From a virus, in IMG/VR virus record IMGVR_UViG_3300032214_000986, positions 32,001 to 96,000 of that record: a stretch of 64,000 bases of DNA; one strand, 5' to 3'. Shown one piece after another: positions 59,192 through 64,000 of the stretch (within the stretch, counting starts at the first letter, position 1; the number at the start of each line of letters is the position of its first letter). Position numbers and translations under genes: made by a program. The notes beneath the pieces were generated by a model. It was given only the letters and a program-made list of their open reading frames with translations, did no database searches and was not told the DNA's origin.

Positions 59192-61423
59192 TTATCGGGT
59201 GATTATCAAGTTACCTTTGATTTCTTTTCTTAAACCTGTTTTAGGATGACCAAAAGAGACTACCCAATTATATGAACCGTCAGGACACATTACATTATTG
59301 TATGTACCGTCCCAATATGAGGTGTGACTATAGGTCTCCCATATTATTTCACCCCATCTATTATAAATTTTCATATTGAAGTCATTAGGGTCAAATCCTG
59401 CAGTGAATACCATTCTGAAAGTTTGATTATGTTCGTCACCATTGGGTGTAAATGTATTAGGTATGTAAATTAGTTCTTCAGGACAAAGGTCTATGGTTAC
59501 GTTAAAATCTTCAGGGAATGACACACAACCATTTTCCCATCTTACGACTTCAAATTCAAACATACCTTCTTCGTCCCAAGTGATATTAATTGTTGGTCCT
59601 TGTAATGTATCGCCAAAGACATACCATTCATTATAACCACCATTAGGGGAAATTGCTTCATATAAATCAATGATACTATCACCCTCACATAATTCGTGAT
59701 ATTCATACGAAACATTAGGTCTTCCATCGATAACAGGGGTTAACGATGGTCGTGGGTAAACTTGTACGTTTATATTTGTGTCGAATATACATCCCGATTG
59801 TGAATAAACATAATTAATATTATCGAGACCAACAAAACCATTATCAGGACAATATTGGTCATTCCAAACATTGTTACCCGATAACACACCACCTGAAGGA
59901 GTTACAGTTATCGGTAAACATCCATCATACTCACAGTAAGGACCCATAGGGTCTATTATTGGTAGTATGTTTAAAACGTCAATCGTAAATGTTTCCGTTT
60001 GACTTAAACACCCATTAATATTCTCACCATAAACTGATAGCATATTATTGTAGTTCCCACCAACAACTCCAGTCACATCTAAATTAATAGTATCATTACC
60101 TTGACCCGATGTTATATTACCATTTGTCGTTGACCAATTATATACTAGGTTAGGTATTGGACTTGATATATTAAATTGATTCGTTGTAGAATTAAAACAT
60201 AATATACTTGTACCAATAATTGGATTAATAATAACAGGTTGTGGGTCTACTAATGTTGCAACGGAAGTTACTGTACATCCAGCACCGTCTGTTATTGTAA
60301 ATGGGTATGAACCTTCACATAACCCCATTTGATTAAATGATGGAGGTTGACCACCATTCCAAGAGATTGTTTGAACACCAGTACCCCCTTGTGGGATTAT
60401 GTCAACAATACCATCACAGTAGTTATCACACGTCGGATTTACAAGATTTATAATTGGTGGTGGTAAGTTCGGTGGTCCAGGCAATACAAATACCGTATCG
60501 GGACCTAATCCCGCACTTGCATTACAAGTCGACCATCCCGTATTACAAATAGGATAAACAAAATGACAGGTATAATTTGCACCTGCCGCTGGTGGGGTTA
60601 CTGTTATGGTCGGACCGGTACCAATTGGGTTTGGATTACCAACCTGATACCATGTTAGGGTAGGGGTAACCACAGGACCACTCGGTGTCCATCTATACGC
60701 TTCGTTTTGTGTTGTCCAAGCAGTTGAGTTTCTTCCTGGCGAAGCAATACCAATAGTACCTAACGAATTATGTATACCCTGCGTTGCAGTCCCACCTTGC
60801 CATTGTAAACAAGCCGGTTTATTTTGAATGTGGTTTTCAATATAATTTGTTGATTCGTAAATTACAATATGAAATGTTCCAAAATTAGAAGTACAAGAGA
60901 ACATTGGCATGTTTGTCCAACTAACAACTAACTTTCTACACGGAGCAACCCCTTGTACTTGATATCTGATTTGTCCACCTAAACCAGGGTGCCAATCTTG
61001 CCAAGGCCCCATAATACAGTTTTTAGGTACCAAAGCATTTCCTGTTGGGATTGGTTGTGATGTAAATGTTGTTGGTTGTCCTGCTGAGAATGAAATCCAA
61101 CCATTTGAACCTATATAGAATTGCGTATATGTTGTCCCAAAAAAACAAAAGTTAAACCCTATTTGAAAAGGTCCCTGTTGTGAATCATCAGTCATGAATA
61201 ACTGATTACCCGTATTGGTCTGATTTACGAATGGAATATTTGTAACACCGTAATTTGTTGTTTGATTGGGGTTAGGACCTCCAGGACCACACTGACTTAA
61301 GTCAGCAGTTAGGGTAGTAGACCCCACACCACAAGGTAATAATTGATTGGGTCCTAGATATGGACAATATTGAGAATAACTATAAAAAGTTATTAAAATA
61401 AAAAGATAACGTAGTAATTTCAT
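59192..61423 (-). CDS. Secreted SprB-repeat protein with gliding-motility-associated (T9SS type B) C-terminal domain
   Basis: Signal peptide ...YSYS-Q; PTC...DG.....QGGTG....W...GLCEGSY..TITDGAGC; IYIPNTFTPNGDEHN..F...IYNRWGE....WDGTYN...GSY......KG.L.ITR. Confidence 0.9.
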   Translation of the reverse strand: MKLLRYLFILITFYSYSQYCPYLGPNQLLPCGVGSTTLTADLSQCGPGGPNPNQTTNYGVTNIPFVNQTNTGNQLFMTDDSQQGPFQIGFNFCFFGTTYTQFYIGSNGWISFSAGQPTTFTSQPIPTGNALVPKNCIMGPWQDWHPGLGGQIRYQVQGVAPCRKLVVSWTNMPMFSCTSNFGTFHIVIYESTNYIENHIQNKPACLQWQGGTATQGIHNSLGTIGIASPGRNSTAWTTQNEAYRWTPSGPVVTPTLTWYQVGNPNPIGTGPTITVTPPAAGANYTCHFVYPICNTGWSTCNASAGLGPDTVFVLPGPPNLPPPIINLVNPTCDNYCDGIVDIIPQGGTGVQTISWNGGQPPSFNQMGLCEGSYPFTITDGAGCTVTSVATLVDPQPVIINPIIGTSILCFNSTTNQFNISSPIPNLVYNWSTTNGNITSGQGNDTINLDVTGVVGGNYNNMLSVYGENINGCLSQTETFTIDVLNILPIIDPMGPYCEYDGCLPITVTPSGGVLSGNNVWNDQYCPDNGFVGLDNINYVYSQSGCIFDTNINVQVYPRPSLTPVIDGRPNVSYEYHELCEGDSIIDLYEAISPNGGYNEWYVFGDTLQGPTINITWDEEGMFEFEVVRWENGCVSFPEDFNVTIDLCPEELIYIPNTFTPNGDEHNQTFRMVFTAGFDPNDFNMKIYNRWGEIIWETYSHTSYWDGTYNNVMCPDGSYNWVVSFGHPKTGLRKEIKGNLIITR

Positions 61424-61533
61424 ATGATTTTTTATTAATAAATAGTAAAAATATATGATATATCAAACCACCAGGATAGTATAATTTTCAAAGGGGGTTG
61501 TTTAATTATTATTAAACCATGATATTTATTATT

Positions 61534-62106
61534 ATGTCTAAAATATCACTGTTAAAAAATCTATCAGACTTACTTGTAGAACAAGGAGGTAAGTATGGTG
61601 AAATGATTGATCCGTCAACAGGAAAAAAGGTTGGAGATGCTATCGGGTCTTTAGATTTAACAGACCCATCAAATGTAACTAAAAGAACACCTAAAAATTT
61701 AAAATATAGTGAGACGGGTCAGTCAATAGTGGATGCTGCCGTAACCCAATTAGGTAAACCTTATAGTTGGGGTGATGAAACACCTGAAGAAGGATTTGAT
61801 TGTAGTGGGTTAGTTACTTGGGCTTATAATCAGGCAGGTGTAACCATACCAAGAGGAACGGCAGAAAGTTTACGAAACCAAGCAAAGGTTGTTGATAAAA
61901 GCGAAGTTGTTCCAGGTGATATGATATTTTTTGATAATGGACCGAGTAGGGCAGGTGCTGACCACATAGGTATAGTCCACTCAATTGATGGTGAAAAAAT
62001 AAATATGATACACTCAGAAAGTACCGCAACGGGAGTTAAGATAACTAACGATATTTTAAACGGTTATTATGGCGGTACGTTTATGAATTTCGGAAGAATA
62101 GAGTAA
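61534..62106 (+). CDS. NlpC/P60 (C40) cell-wall peptidase
   Basis: LGKPYSWG...GFDCSGLV...PGDMIFF...HIGIV...MIHS; start at ATG 61534 (TATTTAT-N4-ATG). Confidence 0.92.
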   Translation: MSKISLLKNLSDLLVEQGGKYGEMIDPSTGKKVGDAIGSLDLTDPSNVTKRTPKNLKYSETGQSIVDAAVTQLGKPYSWGDETPEEGFDCSGLVTWAYNQAGVTIPRGTAESLRNQAKVVDKSEVVPGDMIFFDNGPSRAGADHIGIVHSIDGEKINMIHSESTATGVKITNDILNGYYGGTFMNFGRIE

Positions 62107-62136
62107 AAAAAACCTAATCTTCGGATGGGGGTTTTT
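62105..62136 (+). terminator. Terminator with C(UUCG)G loop
   Basis: aaaacctaatc-ttcg-gatgggggttttt. Confidence 0.7.
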
Positions 62137-62186
62137 ATGTGGTAAAATTATAGATTAGTGTTGTATGAATATTATATTTTAGAGCA

Positions 62187-62214
62187 TAAAAAAACCGTGA
62201 CTTACGCCACGGTT
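62187..62214 (-). terminator. Terminator of the ferritin-like gene
   Basis: aaaaaaaccgtg-acttacgc-cacggtt; U tract on the minus strand. Confidence 0.7.
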
Positions 62215-62235
62215 CATCGCTCAGGTGATACGCCT

Positions 62236-62700
62236 TTATTTTAAAAAACGTAATTTATATAATGTTGAGTTTATTAATTCACAAACAGTATCAATTTGGT
62301 TTTGAATGTATGAGTCATCACAACAATCCCTTAAATCCTCAACTTTACCACAAAGATCTTGTAAATATTTAATAGTTGATTCAGTACTTTTATATCCCTC
62401 AATGTCGTAAGATTTGTATCCATTTAAAATTCCGTATTTTCCTTGGAATGATTCAACTAACCCATCAATGATATCTCCTATACCGTTGTAATACCCATTT
62501 AATGCCATGTGTTCAGGGTATGAATTTGTTTGTAAATGTAATGTATGTACTTGTGTTCTTGAATGAAGTAGTAATGACATCATTTCTGTAAATTTACCAT
62601 TTCCTGATGGTTTTTTATCCATCTCTTTTTCTTCTTCTTGTTCGGAGACCAATGAAGATGAACTGAAACCTTTTTTAATTAATTCTTTTTTAGTTATCAT
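62236..62700 (-). CDS. Ferritin/Dps-like four-helix bundle protein (DUF5856-like)
   Basis: QVHTLHLQT.SY.EHMAL..YY......D.LVESFQGKYG...QNQID......TLYKL.FL. Confidence 0.8.
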   Translation of the reverse strand: MITKKELIKKGFSSSSLVSEQEEEKEMDKKPSGNGKFTEMMSLLLHSRTQVHTLHLQTNSYPEHMALNGYYNGIGDIIDGLVESFQGKYGILNGYKSYDIEGYKSTESTIKYLQDLCGKVEDLRDCCDDSYIQNQIDTVCELINSTLYKLRFLK

Positions 62701-62727
62701 CTTTTTATTTTTTAATATATAAATATC

Positions 62728-63282
62728 TTAATTATCGCTTAATTCAGGAATAATCACTTCTTCAACAAAATAATCAACCTCATCTTCTAAATTACCAAGT
62801 TCACTATTTAGATATCTATGTGTTTTTGGTTCGAATTTAGATGAAATCTGCGTGTTATCATAAGTTTCGTAATCACCAGTATCCTCAACAAAGTCTAAAA
62901 GAGCTAAAGAACCATCTTTTTCAGCAACAATACAACCAACCCATTCAGTATCATTCCATTTAACCACACCGAAGTATAATTCTACATCATTTTCTATCTC
63001 TTCATAGTCAAATTGGAAAGTAAACTCACTACCATCTTGTAATGTACGGGTCCATTTTTCACCTGTTTTACCCTCAAAATCGGTGTTTTTAGGGGTGTTT
63101 TGGGGGGTAAATTCACCCTTTTTACCACTATTTAACCATTCAGAATACGATTTTAGGGTCATTTTTTCCTCATTTTCAAGGTTTTCGTACCCAATTTCGT
63201 TCATTTTATCCAAAATTTGGTCTATTTCTTGGGTATTTTCAACCAAAAAACGGTATTGTGACTCTGTAATTATGATTTTCAT
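62728..63282 (-). CDS. Hypothetical protein with MKIIITESQY leader
   Basis: 184 aa; IDQILDKMNEIGYENL..EEK. Confidence 0.7.
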   Translation of the reverse strand: MKIIITESQYRFLVENTQEIDQILDKMNEIGYENLENEEKMTLKSYSEWLNSGKKGEFTPQNTPKNTDFEGKTGEKWTRTLQDGSEFTFQFDYEEIENDVELYFGVVKWNDTEWVGCIVAEKDGSLALLDFVEDTGDYETYDNTQISSKFEPKTHRYLNSELGNLEDEVDYFVEEVIIPELSDN

Positions 63283-63303
63283 ACTAATAAATAGTCTTTT
63301 TTG

Positions 63304-63334
63304 TTGGTTTTTACTGTAAAAATGAGTATTTTAG
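63304..63334 (+). promoter_or_regulatory. Possible Bacteroidota-type promoter of the uvrC-like gene
   Basis: TTG, 20-nt spacer, TATTTTAG. Confidence 0.45.
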
Positions 63335-63339
63335 CTTAA

Positions 63340-64000
63340 ATGTTAGTAGAAAAACTCAAAAATATCCCAAAAAGTAGTGGTTGTTACCTTTTTAAAGACA
63401 AAAAAGGTCAAATTATCTATGTTGGTAAGTCAAAATACCTCCCAAATAGGGTAAAATCGTACTTTTCTAACAAAAATCACTCAACAAAGACCAAAATATT
63501 GGTAGAAAACGTTGTAGATGTTGATTTTTTGACCACTTTAGACGAAAATTCAGCATTAATTCTTGAAAATGACCTTATTAAGACCCATAATCCTAAATTT
63601 AACATCAAATTAAAGGACGATCGGTCAAAAAAATGGTATTTAACCCTTACAAATGACAATTTTCCTCGTTTAGTGGTAAAAAATGACACAACTTTAGACT
63701 CTGAACCATTAATTGAGGTACCAAGTAGTAGTTTATGTCATGAAATGTATGATTTATTACACGATATATTCAATTTACGGTCCTGTTCTTATGAATTAAC
63801 CCCCGAAAACATTGAAAATGATAAGTTTAAGGTCTGTTTAGAGTATCATATGGGTAGGTGTGATGCTCCTTGTGTGTCAAATATTAACAAATTTATCTAT
63901 CGTGAGGTTATATCTGACCTAAAACAGGTAATTTTATTCAATTTTGACCAACTTAGGGGTAAATTAACCCGTAAAATGAACGCATTTAGTAAAAATATGG
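63340..64000 (+). CDS. uvrC: UvrC-like excinuclease (GIY-YIG), partial at the window end
   Basis: Translated by hand: MLVEKLKNIPKSSGCYLFKDKKGQIIYVGKSKYLPNRVKSYF...ALILENDLIKTHNPKFNIKLKDD...LRSC...CLEYHMGRCDAPC. Absent from the track because no stop lies in the window. Confidence 0.9.
   Translation, partial: MLVEKLKNIPKSSGCYLFKDKKGQIIYVGKSKYLPNRVKSYFSNKNHSTKTKILVENVVDVDFLTTLDENSALILENDLIKTHNPKFNIKLKDDRSKKWYLTLTNDNFPRLVVKNDTTLDSEPLIEVPSSSLCHEMYDLLHDIFNLRSCSYELTPENIENDKFKVCLEYHMGRCDAPCVSNINKFIYREVISDLKQVILFNFDQLRGKLTRKMNAFSKNM

Noticed and set aside
1415-63293. Reading + strand (T)ATAAATA sites as forward T4-type TATAAATA late promoters
   Set aside because: They lie just upstream of minus-strand starts and appear as TATTTAT before plus-strand genes, so the functional orientation is TATTTAT.
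1-64000. Stop-codon reassignment as seen in some jumbo phages
   Set aside because: Conserved genes are full length and coding density is high under the standard code.

Overview
This AT-rich window is from a large T4-like (jumbo) phage that most likely infects Bacteroidota. Host indicators are a Bacteroidota-type bS21, a DUF4494-like protein, a T9SS type-B sorting domain, TTTG-N19/20-TAnnTTTG-like promoters and A-rich starts without Shine-Dalgarno sequences. Contents in order: the head module (major capsid, scaffold, prohead protease, bS21, portal, large terminase); a nucleotidyltransferase and a KTSC protein; a ClpC-like ATPase, a zinc peptidase and a tmRNA; two LamG/fibrinogen-like receptor-binding paralogues; a six-gene glycosylation operon ending in an Aah/TibC-type protein O-glycosyltransferase, convergent on two giant Gly-X-Ser repeat fibres and Pro-Thr linker proteins; a block of putative head-packaged proteins; a GH19 endolysin; a T9SS substrate; NlpC/P60; a ferritin-like protein; and the start of a UvrC-like gene. 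There are three main hypotheses. (1) The phage encodes a system that O-glycosylates its own proline-free, collagen-like Ser/Gly fibres. (2) A TATTTAT late-promoter element, often only 4-6 nt before the start codon, implies leaderless or near-leaderless late mRNAs, alongside a phage bS21. (3) A shared N-terminal leader ending in (L/I/V)-x-E may target about 15 unrelated cargo proteins into the capsid. All family assignments come from recognising motifs by eye; no database searches were run.
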